This document shows positions 46,001 through 53,799 of a stretch of DNA of 64,000 nucleotides, one piece after another. The notes beneath the pieces are model-generated. The model worked only from the letters and a program-made list of their open reading frames with translations, searched no databases and was not told the origin of the DNA. Position numbers and translations under genes: made by a program. Source of the DNA: a virus (lineage: Duplodnaviria; Caudoviricetes); the IMG/VR virus record IMGVR_UViG_3300031992_000079, positions 1 through 64,000 of that record. One strand, given 5' to 3'. Position 1 is the stretch's first letter. Each line of letters opens with the position of its first letter.

Positions 46001-48592
46001 GAAGGATTAAATGGTCTACTAACTAAGGTATTTGGTGGTCCTGTAGGTGCTACACAAGACTTGGCTTTCATGAGTGGTAATCCAGAGATTGCTCCTGAAA
46101 GAGCATTTGGCAGAGAAGCAATGCCTGGTAGAGCATCTGAAGTGTTTACTCACTTTGTTGACCTTGCTCTTAAGGAAATACCTGAAGGAAAGCAGGAATT
46201 AGCTAATCAACTGGCTCAATCCTTTAAGGCTGTAGACAGTGATAACTGGGAATATGTGAAGCTCAGATTAGGTGCTAAAGAGTGTGTAGATAAGGTTAGA
46301 GAAAGAGGAGCCAGTGCTGTTAATAAAGTTATCAGTGAACTGACTAAGAATATCTCTACTAAGACTCTTAACAACATGACTGAGTATGTTGTTCATGCAG
46401 ATTTACAGTGCTTAAGAGATGGTAGAACTGCTGATGAAACAATTAAGTTAATCCAAGACCCTACCTACAGATACAATGAAATTAAGAAGCTTGAAAAGCG
46501 ATTAATGGATACTGCTCAAGGTAACTTCTTCATTAACTCTGCTAAAGGCTTATCTAATAAGCTTCTGTATGGTGTAAATACATCTGGTATTGGATATAAC
46601 AATGCCTATGAGATAGCTAATCTCTGTGGTACTAGAGCAGAGACTACTGATAGTCCTAATGTAAGTACTATAGACCAGTTAGTTACTCTCTATACTGTAC
46701 ATGAACTTAATAAGAAGAATCCTAAGATATATGATGAACTCACTAAGAGTAAGGGAGTATTACAGGATATTCTTGAGTATCACAGTGGTCTTATAGAACT
46801 GGAAAGAAACAGTGTCTATGGAGATTCCTTACAAAAGTACCATATCCCTAAGGGTGAAGTACATGGTGGTATGTCTAAGAATAGGTTTGAAGTTATTCCT
46901 GAAGATGCTTTAGATGCCTATAAATGGGTAGGATACAGAAAGGTTAGAGAAGTTAAATTAGACCCTCTCTACAAGAGTCTTCTCAAGAAGAAGTATGTTC
47001 TTGTTGAAGCTAAGTTTATGCCTGATGTTCCTTTCTCTGATGGTGCTACAGTACTTACTGATATATTCAAAGGCAGGAATAAGTCTACTGGTTATATTGG
47101 TGGTACTAAGGTAGAAGAAGAGAACTTTGATGTATTCTATGAAGAAAAGGGTAAAGAGAAAGTAGTTAATTATCTTAATGAACAGGTTAAGAGACTCAAT
47201 AAACCAGGATTTACACAGCTTAATCCTAAGTCTATTGATGGTGTATTCTCTCCTTCCTTTGGCTTAGGTGCATCTATTACTGGTTGTGACTTCCTGTTAA
47301 ATGAGAAAGAAAAGAACCAGAAGCTTGGTAAGAACTTCAAGTTTACATCTGTTCTCGGAGATCATTATGGTTCTATCTTAGAGAGAGTAAAAGCTCCTGC
47401 ATGGAATACTAAAGTAGCTGAAGCTCTTGATGAAGCTTATGAGAAGAGAGCCAAAGAAGCTAGATTTACTTGGCTTACTGAGAATGAAGAAAAGAAAGAA
47501 AGACAGGAACTCTATAAGCTTATTCCTTTTGAAATAAGAGAATACTTTGAGAATAAGTATCCTGGTAAAGGTGTTCCTATTGAAGAAGCATATATTACTG
47601 GAATACTTGGCTATAGGCATGCTTCTGCATCTGTTCCTGATACTGAGTATAAGGAATTAGAAGCTACTACCAAGGACTACATTAAACATATTCTTCACTC
47701 TGCTCCTGTGGCTTATGGTGAATCTCTTGCTAAGTACCTTGCTCAGATTGGTAAAGAGAATATTGTTATTAAGGGTGCTGTAACCTCTATAAATAACATC
47801 ATTTCTAACTGTGTATCTCTTGCTATACAGGGACTCTCTCCTGATAAGGTATGCAAGTATCAAGTAGAAGGCTTAAGACAACTTAAGTCCTATACTGATA
47901 TGGCAGAGAAGTACAATATGCTGCTTGCTAGGAGTGTCTTAGGTGAAACTTCTAAAGCAGACACTATGCAAATGAAAGCCTATGAAGATGCTATGTCTCA
48001 TAGCCCTATAGGCTATCTTGCTGATAAGGGTGCTATACCTCAGATAGCAGAAGATTTAACACAGTCTGACAGGCTTACTAAGGACTTAATAGATAAGTAC
48101 TTACCCAGAAGACTTCAACAATTTGCTCATAATGCTGTAGGAGACCAGAAATCTTGGATGTACAGCAGATTAAGTCATCTTGCTACCTTTGGTGATATTA
48201 CTGCTAAGTATGCCCTGTTTAGATACCTTACAGAAGAGAAGCAACTTAACAGAGATGAAGCTGCAAGACAGTGTGTTCAATCCTTTATTGATTACTCTAA
48301 TCCTCTTCCTAAGGAATTACAGTACATGGATTCTATTGGAGCACTCCCCTTTACTAAGTTCTTAATTGGTAATCAAACCAACATAGTGAACTCTTTAATG
48401 AGGAATCCAGTAGGAGCTATGTCTTGGCTTATGGCTAATAGTTGGATGAATGTATCTGACATCTATGGCTCTATCTTAGGTGTAGATTCCATTACTAACA
48501 GATGGCATATGCCTGGATTTGGATTATGGTATCAATCTCTGGCTTCCTTGCCTATTGTAAGAGCTACAGGAGCAGCAGCAGCAATCTTGTAA
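34016..48592 (+). CDS. Giant virion-encapsidated RNA polymerase (N4 gp50-like), 4858 aa
   Basis: EVDGLTNG (motif A, D2452), RDTMKYVLMPTSYGAG (motif B), GIHDAV (motif C, D2827), NNRVFIDSLGINP, C-terminal HELTH. Confidence 0.92.
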   Translation: MASYIPNPYLSREQQQEIANIQSQYTDSDYKNALISLMNNDALTPQEMEQRRMEEIAQSNARLQQSRESRESIYMRASAKVRELINRPEIMTPNEIAEVVTSDPDLSVAYATDNEKYGLVNQILQERSRLADPARALDGKTISDEEDSFLGSLWTGVKHTFGSMGPNARKAKSILDLNELPLKDLDKIKRKQEVANDIQAKMVEESDRMTSPDMAQRAEALSKYKYFQNELNKLQLTPEEQRLWDTYGEQYTNLHGDLDLANAQLSDLNNTVTSEEAEALMADRQRDRNFTALGQSANYDNWDYVQATISDKIKHFSPSKMLGEIAATALPFFIPVVGPVLGTIGFTARAAAFSSDALEHFANNLEAYMNEHGQIPDDRAIGIMAAAIGSAVADFYGSKLFVGGLGKAGIVKSIENDFKNALVNVKPLIGKVSNNSMAHAIAASMATQLSKKTVKSGVGEELSTAERAINKIISGKAEAISSAGVRYAKKANKLAHEYTGTGIQDIASAGVKLAGENIGSTLFDQLALDKFDAKALVDAGVSGLIGGAMFHGVASPGMALARMGKQQVQQRIGPKFKIDSEKDWQATLDNMNLPENRKYKEQYIETYQSGLEKMEGEIDETITKAVEQATDRYGEAIGKNAAGEWIFNEKKAANLTEKTKKQAVKDVKKLNKLEANAEEAKQVIASRNEALTKLQQATVKEDYEETKDLDSELTEEEVEAREEAFHKYASDEDKVKALVESEKITEEQAKHIINPSTSKIAVDSELKPALEKYGETTAELYEDLEGNKEVIQALNEADKTKFDTAIDDLVSKKTISKERADVLKSRFTKEEFERTQRTDNEVNEEGKNRAGETVPFSKYNKPSQKDIQDALKVDDTTKDFVKENPLNAGKDLSLADLSDAAVTPSIRKSFLNDKSLEANRLDLFNAIKANSKLSETEINNFLNPFVKEVKDAFKNANEVNKALKDQRAFATEAEAKAFIDKINKKAGLEASSLVPKKIAGRYIVEDIIENIDKKELNKAKTIEEALKWWDSHKAEYARVPYKAGTIADVIEKKIVNKLRKGVKDEKKDDALKTFKNAVESVENALGAGLQTVSKEGVKHAYTKAKEAKEFMEEFKKLQKEMEETNKVSKDIAKKPIEDIVADIEIGFEYFFRDLGITDISKITETDLVDFLKNHKLTRKDEIRYIEYHKLITNSHIDRKAEILGRLEIVRNLIELAKANDAFDDTPDLPVARLFYGRGRTGVTWDTTTDRMNADKRYNALYAKFSTMYEMEYISSAEIPTGAMSATATKALEDDELNRKGINEVVLERELMNFDQTRIDQMAELFMLMKNTSFAGKAGFGDMLHRALDEYNERDASKKINSTIIDNNDLSSLKTINARARTDFFIAIASTNTFKNFFGLVNQGTKHKTLEDFIKHSPEYSLPGHASDVFTDKTITKLGYYNTATHKYESYDAPTSGTSAYDNLVALDNYFKLNGALYNHVWDDIALSKSNPANTLMGIIRDRYELTHASAKKYLGFGKGDAVDRIKSNMEDLLKNLNVKKIADATVFFNNLYLIQKQWIARGKVLVSNPGTSDPFSQFKDRLSSLYTGKENFNDVFDRVYNPRGKDRSTVRQIQFPLTAAIIKNIAAQYMENAIEQNPKFTPTDFETFYNPAKQVYDTTTFLKNTTYERFSGFKEISTALQTETARQELADVIRYNLVRGKIKLQDILDFNATTEDEGGVKAEWRLNDEGVNALKEIFSDKDKAGYNADVDLEHQFKDIPNLEKFFAALINAKKLHNVVTFRKSGTKETLDSTGTYEHIENDLLRYGKKDFEIIPNAENMSVLASDNFIKYRGQFNTSYADKARLDEFLQEVLKLSESAGKFSKTATNLADQVFMRSYKGIQAYNREVVHTIAGVFLSHLPRLSSGQSEKWVDKQVTTEYFTQKAANVFKRSNFISKNNLGEDLGSQMITALGIRSRGDFATHDAIPRLAAGLAGRALDMAQDKGIIKILYFNRKTGDVTETTQTNSDWFSVVQVTPNVGEALSERMKILNEPRQTSKGNKHLFTDLLGFNADNNNTMTEEQLKEKQDKLEEKFNSNDVNGEDFSYQRKYKDIPSIAKGIGAAADGKEYEVKINTYHQIARINLRPKGTAGAPSYVYLSRNEIIKKDHTYLSYARLVENAFQNNTGYETDVKRIKQELSFLKGCRTLADLYKKYASQPKTLEKYLKYMEVTVKKKTSGAFDRIDQTMLEAKFKVWADFYAEMTPLIAAAEKAGKSTLKLYFPLINTINNRVFIDSLGINPREFKPLRNFFTPVYIDVDGKRVGSENVGNYDKDDKPIKRTEAQNKVLKAIIGFNFGLDTDKARMDEISDTVDDILAAIKKVMTAKNNPDLSTMSTLEIIDLIDEVNQELTDKKYTTVNKIKGVELEKHSEAVLAMKELTRAANPGTQETVLDSIINDDDTVINNFKLRIEVDGLTNGTGIHIYSSGWMGNTDEYSYGLLAGVGIFPADFGKMSVRDFVNAKLTTNTDDSYQRLGSTAKDMAITRFINELAGSAPIGRELNMFKTFKQIIGVDAEASIKEFFDKFFDRDTMKYVLMPTSYGAGKPSLINFLHNVISRKISERTASLLDADDIAAIHNMYQQLARLNGGKLVLTDIEGNSVDYHSSMTRADFERFSVFVTENEELKSQLTDSLCEPIATAANNLISMADRHSKALTDGTEAFAQVYNLMLSHILTSSDFAKKGLHQLTNEDVEKISGRIASAINIGQDAASLGLLKDAVDNSIRILMIRVPSLMKEGKGIVLSTKNKLSKESIASALSPETNHTKDSDIINRCQAAIRESLGAFLGIHDAVMANFEQMANGVGKEMNKQFAHTTFYSYRPLLQLRSILAQSKSWLRLHQTENSSYHYSSLESQLDYAMTQLEEVAMSQIAGRVDAFNRVIKENKPITVNQYAIENVTSYEITPQIAKEFLDTLTEDLRVNNMVTMEQSDIIQFKWFVQKQVGGLDFWRTIDSQVKSATISSMVQLKDYINNKQIGFKKDTIDRFNELYNAYEATVKGSYDSSFIKVMTDAVSDYRRATTIHHHEVLRDSTNLPKGEQREAVKEVLAILDTIRSYEKDGNNADKLNFVTNNDAANSLIEQRLRRLHGRMSTDFGTFSTLNNIVMATSSNRVDLHNIESLNALLRRSKTELDGEYLNVSDFDRNKQSVIIDVDEIDYAGLLTKISKDSLTRNLSEEELIQFFYEPYIGQIEQQLKAAKDKGTPIRQIVFGMNKVIDRILFSAINRQINDSTYDSVWNGLTISIVPRITDKTDGGVQSSVFFHNQMIEQLGENAHFYTQCLNNENKDLSGRNFLYRNKFTHDYLTSNYMSRMHEMVDVSYNKLMDTKGPQKKDIWDVAKDKDALSFIGTGDRFGYINYDEFDSANKATITEYHMATGFDNTSINDDGNVRKYAGFSEDELETRYETAVNGIGVMDDGRFRPANKDWEKDIKEHPTIYVGIMSSGRIYDSNAYSFIESVPEFKLAYEKAKGILQHRQRLLANGTYTNRDATLIPVTIPNVNYKGLKVKVKFIVNLDNVCTVKELKENIVNTGKASNIGKINLTIRPDAPKRIKDMFGLSSDRIADMTLNPKSKITKFLSQYYYDNKPNADKRYVEIPDELANRANLLSNSLNTEDVRQLAQYNVISSAEDSSQQIFLGKETNSKGIYNGNQNSFTIDYTNVASTEDNHRSFYNKFAGAVSRMAVRRAERFASRIRGYTSNKKPDDLMTDTELALYRDINCDDIRRIAKSLDDLDKQNGIDNSHLYGVLDQLIDANMLIRYRLNKSLGRDGAAVLNRVNGVRVGYVTHGLAAKGEGSNLETFQHELTHVPLEFLSLDPSANNKLLQLYRYVSSNITMDHFEYGDAEDRRIMDYLFKDPTTSDPHLEFLDYAINNARFRAALRNLTNDKNMAPEFESKIRSIFNRFIGTLKEGKKPDILDACDKIFKRSLAIAKHYYNKNPTVPAETFSQQRTLLDKANLIFEEGLNGLLTKVFGGPVGATQDLAFMSGNPEIAPERAFGREAMPGRASEVFTHFVDLALKEIPEGKQELANQLAQSFKAVDSDNWEYVKLRLGAKECVDKVRERGASAVNKVISELTKNISTKTLNNMTEYVVHADLQCLRDGRTADETIKLIQDPTYRYNEIKKLEKRLMDTAQGNFFINSAKGLSNKLLYGVNTSGIGYNNAYEIANLCGTRAETTDSPNVSTIDQLVTLYTVHELNKKNPKIYDELTKSKGVLQDILEYHSGLIELERNSVYGDSLQKYHIPKGEVHGGMSKNRFEVIPEDALDAYKWVGYRKVREVKLDPLYKSLLKKKYVLVEAKFMPDVPFSDGATVLTDIFKGRNKSTGYIGGTKVEEENFDVFYEEKGKEKVVNYLNEQVKRLNKPGFTQLNPKSIDGVFSPSFGLGASITGCDFLLNEKEKNQKLGKNFKFTSVLGDHYGSILERVKAPAWNTKVAEALDEAYEKRAKEARFTWLTENEEKKERQELYKLIPFEIREYFENKYPGKGVPIEEAYITGILGYRHASASVPDTEYKELEATTKDYIKHILHSAPVAYGESLAKYLAQIGKENIVIKGAVTSINNIISNCVSLAIQGLSPDKVCKYQVEGLRQLKSYTDMAEKYNMLLARSVLGETSKADTMQMKAYEDAMSHSPIGYLADKGAIPQIAEDLTQSDRLTKDLIDKYLPRRLQQFAHNAVGDQKSWMYSRLSHLATFGDITAKYALFRYLTEEKQLNRDEAARQCVQSFIDYSNPLPKELQYMDSIGALPFTKFLIGNQTNIVNSLMRNPVGAMSWLMANSWMNVSDIYGSILGVDSITNRWHMPGFGLWYQSLASLPIVRATGAAAAIL

Positions 48593-48638
48593 TAAGACAC
48601 TGAAATACTGTATAGAGACGGTAAACTAAGGAGCTTCT

Positions 48639-49328
48639 ATGGAAGAAATCGGAATTGAAGAATTCAAGAAATGTTTACCTGTCTCTGTTAAAGGCAGTGT
48701 GTCTGATGAGATTAGAGATGCCTTTAATGCCTGTCTAAGTGACCCTGATACCAGAGAGGTTATGTCTCAGAACCTGTTAGGTTATACAGATGTAATCTCT
48801 AAAGGTAAATTCAAATTAGAGAACTACATATCTGCTGTAAGGTACTGTACTTATAAGTCTATGGGTAATACCAATGTACTGGCTTATAAGAAAACCTTTC
48901 CAGACAGGTATAAACACTATCAAGAGAGTGGTATGCCTGATAAAGACATCAACTCTCTTATCTCTGCTTATAACAAATCCAAGCTAGTAACTCTTCTCTA
49001 TCAGACAATGATGATTCCTACATACATTCTTAATCAGGATGTATTTCAGGAAGCTATAAATGTACAAAGAGAACTAATGCTAGACCCTTCAGTAAAGCCA
49101 TTAGTAAGGTCACAGGCTGCCAAGGCTTTAATGGATACACTTAAGCCACCTGAGGTAAAGCAGATGGAATTGAGTGTATCTGTGAAAGAATCTGAGACTG
49201 TAGAAGAGCTTAGAAAGACTACTAATGAATTAGCTAAAGCTCAGTTAAAAGCATTGCAACAAGGAGGTTCATTAACAGATATTCTTAATGCTCCAATCAT
49301 AGAGGATGCTCAATATGAAGAGTGTTGA
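48639..49328 (+). CDS. N4 gp69-like protein (probable terminase small subunit)
   Basis: GKFKLENYISAVRYCTYK.MG..N..AYKKTFP.RY; upstream of TerL. Confidence 0.75.
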   Translation: MEEIGIEEFKKCLPVSVKGSVSDEIRDAFNACLSDPDTREVMSQNLLGYTDVISKGKFKLENYISAVRYCTYKSMGNTNVLAYKKTFPDRYKHYQESGMPDKDINSLISAYNKSKLVTLLYQTMMIPTYILNQDVFQEAINVQRELMLDPSVKPLVRSQAAKALMDTLKPPEVKQMELSVSVKESETVEELRKTTNELAKAQLKALQQGGSLTDILNAPIIEDAQYEEC

Positions 49329-50898
49329 TGATTATCTTAATGAAGTCTCCTATAAAGTAGACCCTAATTACAGACCTAGTGAGTTTGCTTTAGATTTCAT
49401 TAACTTTATTAAACTGGTAAACAGAGATAAAGGTGGAGAAGAGAATAAAACTCCTATCATGCATTGTAGGATGTTAGACAGTTTTATTCATCCCGGTAAT
49501 ACCATAAATCTCTGCTATAGAGGCTCTGCTAAGTCTACAGTAATGGCAGAGTACTTAATCCTCTATCTTGCTGTATATGGTGAATTACCTGGCTTTGGTG
49601 ATGTTACCTATATGCTCTATGTTACTGACTCAATGGACAATGGCGTTAAGTCCATGAGAGAGAACCTAGAGAGCAGATATAACAATTCTAAGTTCCTCCA
49701 AGAGTTTGTACCTAATGTAAAGATTACTGAGAATTACTGGCTCTTTACCAATGCTAAAGGGCATGTATTAGCAGTTAATGGTTATGGTGCTAATACTGGT
49801 ATTCGTGGTACTAAGAAACTCAATACAAGACCTCAGATAGCTATCCTAGATGACCTCTTATCTGATAAGGATGCTAAGTCTCCTACAGTATTAGGAGATA
49901 TAGAGAATACTGTCTATAAGGCTGTATTCCATGCTCTGCACCCTAATCATAGAAAGGTTATATGGTGTGGTACTCCATTCAATAAGAAAGACCCTTTATA
50001 CAAAGCAGTTGAGTCTGGTGCATGGAATGTAAACGTATTCCCTGTATGTGAGAAGTTTCCATGTTCCAGAGAAGAATTCAGAGGAGCATGGGAAGACAGA
50101 TTCTCTTATGACTTTGTTAAAGAGCAGTATGACAATGCTATTAAGTCAGGAACCATACAAGCATTTAACCAAGAGCTAATGCTTCGTATCATGAGTGATG
50201 AAGACAGACTTATTACTCCTACTGAAATCCAGTGGTATTCCTTAAAAGACTTAATGGCTAATAAGGAGAACTTCAACTATTACATTACTACTGACTTTGC
50301 TGTATCTGATAAAGAGAGTGCAGATTACTCAGTAATAACAGTATGGGCTTACTCCAATAATGGAGACTTCTACTGGGTAGATGGTATTGTTAAAAGACAA
50401 ACCATTGATAAAACTATAGAAGATTTATTCACCTTTAACTCCTTATACAATCCTGTACAGATAGGTATTGAGATAACAGGACAACAAGGAGGATTCATAG
50501 ACATAATCCAGAAAGAGTGTTTCAGAAGAAATTCTTTCCTGAATATAGCTAGAGAGAAAGGTGCATCTAAACCAGGTATAAGACCTAATACCAATAAGTT
50601 TATTAGATTTAACAGTGTAGTACCTTGGTTTAAGTTACATAAATTCTACTTCCCTGAAGAACTCATGGAAGACAGTAGAATAAGAGAATTTATAGAAGAA
50701 ATAACTCTCGTATCTCCTTCTGGTTTCTTATCCAGACATGATGACTGCTTAGATACTATATCTATGCTGTCTAAGATGAATCTATGGAAACCAAGTACTC
50801 CTACTACATTCAGGGTAGATGAGAATAATATCTATTCTATAAGGGAATATGTGGATAACAGTACTGAAGAGTCCAGATACGCTTCATACATAATCTAG
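49306..50898 (+). CDS. terL: Terminase large subunit (N4 gp68-like)
   Basis: ENKTP..H, YRGSAKST, ILDDLL, YITTDFA, HDDCLDTISML. Confidence 0.95.
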   Translation: MLNMKSVDDYLNEVSYKVDPNYRPSEFALDFINFIKLVNRDKGGEENKTPIMHCRMLDSFIHPGNTINLCYRGSAKSTVMAEYLILYLAVYGELPGFGDVTYMLYVTDSMDNGVKSMRENLESRYNNSKFLQEFVPNVKITENYWLFTNAKGHVLAVNGYGANTGIRGTKKLNTRPQIAILDDLLSDKDAKSPTVLGDIENTVYKAVFHALHPNHRKVIWCGTPFNKKDPLYKAVESGAWNVNVFPVCEKFPCSREEFRGAWEDRFSYDFVKEQYDNAIKSGTIQAFNQELMLRIMSDEDRLITPTEIQWYSLKDLMANKENFNYYITTDFAVSDKESADYSVITVWAYSNNGDFYWVDGIVKRQTIDKTIEDLFTFNSLYNPVQIGIEITGQQGGFIDIIQKECFRRNSFLNIAREKGASKPGIRPNTNKFIRFNSVVPWFKLHKFYFPEELMEDSRIREFIEEITLVSPSGFLSRHDDCLDTISMLSKMNLWKPSTPTTFRVDENNIYSIREYVDNSTEESRYASYII

Positions 50899-50905
50899 GA
50901 GATAT

Positions 50906-51592
50906 ATGCAATTACAACAAGTAATAGATACTGTTAAGTATGGTGAACTTACCAATATCTCATGGAAAGCAGAAGACAGAATACCTGCTTTAATCTCTTT
51001 CCTTAATCAAGCTCTTACAGACCTGTATAGTAAGTTTCCTCTAATGGAGAAGCAGATAACTATACAGCAGTATCCTCAAATCTCAATTTATCTGCTTACC
51101 AGAGACTTTGCCAGAACTAACTTTAAATCAGAAGAGTTACACAAGTACATACTTGATACTCCTTTTGAACCCTTTAAGGATGACATACTTCAGATAACTG
51201 GTACTTATGATGAGTATGGACATCCTATTCCTCTTAATGATGACCATAATCCTCACTCCTGGTTTCTTACTTCATATAACACTATACAGATACCTAATGC
51301 TAATGAGAATGAAGTATCTCTGGTTACTTACAAAGCCAAGCATAGATATATTAAGCCAGATACAGAAGATATGGAACAAGAGGTATTCTTACCTCCTTGT
51401 TTAGAAGAAGCTTTATTTACATACATAGCATATAAGTGTTTAGTATCTATGGGTTCTCAGGATACTCAGGCACAAGCACAATTTTATTTGCAAAAGTATG
51501 ACCAGCTATGCAATACAGTACGGGAATTAAATACACTGGGTAACTATGTAGCACCTAGCAATATCAAGTTATTAAGAAGGGGGTACAAGTAA
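50906..51592 (+). CDS. Head-tail adaptor/connector (N4 gp67-like)
   Basis: LN.ALT.LY.KF.L.EK; LP..L.EAL..YIA; synteny with TerL. Confidence 0.7.
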   Translation: MQLQQVIDTVKYGELTNISWKAEDRIPALISFLNQALTDLYSKFPLMEKQITIQQYPQISIYLLTRDFARTNFKSEELHKYILDTPFEPFKDDILQITGTYDEYGHPIPLNDDHNPHSWFLTSYNTIQIPNANENEVSLVTYKAKHRYIKPDTEDMEQEVFLPPCLEEALFTYIAYKCLVSMGSQDTQAQAQFYLQKYDQLCNTVRELNTLGNYVAPSNIKLLRRGYK

Positions 51593-52878
51593 TGTTACAT
51601 CCTATGCATGCACCTCTCTTATGTCAGCATCAAGCCAATAGTGCATATGATAAGCTTGCTGTCATAAGTGAGAATATAGTTAAGCTTCAAGAACTGGAGC
51701 AATTTGTATTTGAGCTTAAGCAGTGGCTTAGAGCTTATATGGAAAGACTGAAGGGTGAGTATGATGACAGCATTCAAGACCTTCTTGCTGGTGATAATGT
51801 CTGGACTGGTAACAATACCTATACTCAGAATATAAGCCTTAATGGTGGTGATATTTACTGGAAGGATGACCAAGGTAATACATTAGCTTGGGTTACTTAT
51901 GACCCTGTAAACCAGTTACTTACATTCCATGCTGGAAATAAAGAAATCACCTTAACCACTACTGGTGCTACAGCACCTACTACAAATCCTGCTATTACTA
52001 CTGCTATTGTTACTCTGGATTATCTTACTAATGCTCTAGCAGCTTTAAGACAAAGTATTATCAATGAACTTTCTCTTACCTTTGACACAACTCCTACAAA
52101 CGGTAGTACTAATCCTGTTACTAGTGATGGTATATACGATGCAATAGAAGCATCTAAGATTATCTTGGATTCTACTGTTACTGCTAATTCTCAGCATGGA
52201 GTTACCAGTAAAGGTATCTATGACTTTGTTACTAATGCCATATCTGGTATTGATTTCCCTGAAACTACTTTTCCTATAGCTTCTAAAAGCCAGAAAGGTA
52301 TTATGCAAGTAGGTGATTATCTTACTGTAGATAATGGTTTAGTCAGTGTAGATATAGATGCTATTAAGTCTTATTTAGGACTTACTTCCTTTACTGAGGA
52401 AGATGTTGATTATGTAAGTACTGGTTTTGAATGGCTTCGTGCTGCTGGATGGGAGTCAAGTAATACATCTGTACTTGGTAATTGTTTAGGTGCAGGTAAT
52501 GTTTTCTTAGAGCCTCATTTTGATATTAGTGTTTCTGCTAATGGAGAATATAGCCTTAATAAGAATTGGGGTACTACAAGTAAGCCTCTCTACAGAGATG
52601 CTGTAGATATAGGAACTAGAATCTACTGTAGAAATACTACTACCCAAGTGACTAAGAGCTATATTCCTCTTAGAACTGTTATTGTTTATAACGGTACTAG
52701 ATACTCTGGTGGTGGTACTGAACCAGGTGGAATATATTGGAAAGATGTTCAGATAAGAGCATGGTTCAAAGCATATGACTATACTCTTACAGCAGAAGAT
52801 AAAGCTGCTATCAATGCTGATGCAGATGCTTTTGCAGCATCATTACAATTAGGCTATGACACAGGAGCTATATCATGA
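51592..52878 (+). CDS. Tail appendage protein
   Basis: N-terminal NSAYD motif; D.TPT.GS.NPVTS.GIY repeats. Confidence 0.6.
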   Translation: MLHPMHAPLLCQHQANSAYDKLAVISENIVKLQELEQFVFELKQWLRAYMERLKGEYDDSIQDLLAGDNVWTGNNTYTQNISLNGGDIYWKDDQGNTLAWVTYDPVNQLLTFHAGNKEITLTTTGATAPTTNPAITTAIVTLDYLTNALAALRQSIINELSLTFDTTPTNGSTNPVTSDGIYDAIEASKIILDSTVTANSQHGVTSKGIYDFVTNAISGIDFPETTFPIASKSQKGIMQVGDYLTVDNGLVSVDIDAIKSYLGLTSFTEEDVDYVSTGFEWLRAAGWESSNTSVLGNCLGAGNVFLEPHFDISVSANGEYSLNKNWGTTSKPLYRDAVDIGTRIYCRNTTTQVTKSYIPLRTVIVYNGTRYSGGGTEPGGIYWKDVQIRAWFKAYDYTLTAEDKAAINADADAFAASLQLGYDTGAIS

Positions 52879-53798
52879 TTCATGCACAAGCATTCTTTGA
52901 TGATATGCTTAGGCAATATCCTAAGCTTAATTCTCCTGCTGTAATAGATGCTCTTTATACCTTTACTCATGAACTAATAAGGAAGAGTAATACAGCATTA
53001 AATACAGTACCTTCTGAAGATACAGAAACCAGAGCACTTACCTTCAAAGATAAGAATGATACAGAGATAGCTCATATATCCTTTACTCAATATGCTAATG
53101 CCAATATAGGCATTAATTTTGTTTTAGGGGAGCATACTTTTACTATCAAGGTATCTGATGAAGGACATATTGATTTAAGAAGTTCTTATCCTCTATGTGG
53201 TTTCTCTCAGGTAAGTGATGAAGTAGCTACTACAGAATATGTAATACGTTGTGCAGAGCACTATGATGCTATCTTAGAGAATGCTCTTAAAGAGTATGTA
53301 GCAGAAGCAACTAATGATTTAGAGGATGAATTAAAACAGTATTCTGATGAGAAAGATGCTGCTCTTAAAGTTGATTTAAAAGCTTATATAGATGTTTCTA
53401 TAGCTGCTCTTAGACGTGAGTTTACTTCATGGAAAGAAGAGATGCTTGGCATTATTGATAATGCTATCGAAGAGCTTAATGCTTCCATAGCAACATCAAT
53501 AACACCTAAGATTGGTAAGTATAAGATAGTTAAATCCAGTGAAGATGGAATAGATAGCTATACCTATACTGCTTCTACCAGTGGTTTTCTTATGTTCTTT
53601 GCTCGTGGCAGATATACTGCTTCATTAGAGATAGGAGATAAAGAAATAACTGATGACTTTGTTGGTTCAGATGGATATGGCAGAAGAAGGAGACCTGTAT
53701 TACTTCCTGTATCATCTGGTTCTGAATACAAGCTTACTAACATATGTGGGCCAGTTATATTCTTCCCTTTAGAAGTTAAGATTAACAGAGGTAGTTAA
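52875..53798 (+). CDS. Putative tail protein
   Basis: Beta N-domain, coiled coil, and fibre-tip-like C-terminus (LPVSSG..Y). Confidence 0.5.
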   Translation: MIHAQAFFDDMLRQYPKLNSPAVIDALYTFTHELIRKSNTALNTVPSEDTETRALTFKDKNDTEIAHISFTQYANANIGINFVLGEHTFTIKVSDEGHIDLRSSYPLCGFSQVSDEVATTEYVIRCAEHYDAILENALKEYVAEATNDLEDELKQYSDEKDAALKVDLKAYIDVSIAALRREFTSWKEEMLGIIDNAIEELNASIATSITPKIGKYKIVKSSEDGIDSYTYTASTSGFLMFFARGRYTASLEIGDKEITDDFVGSDGYGRRRRPVLLPVSSGSEYKLTNICGPVIFFPLEVKINRGS

Positions 53799-53799
53799 T

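Noticed and set aside
34463-48365. Many minus-strand ORFs inside vRNAP, and opposite-strand ORFs elsewhere (e.g. 553, 3353, 22522, 23137, 30880)
   Set aside because: Antisense shadows of long genes with no RBS and Ser/Leu/Ile-rich composition
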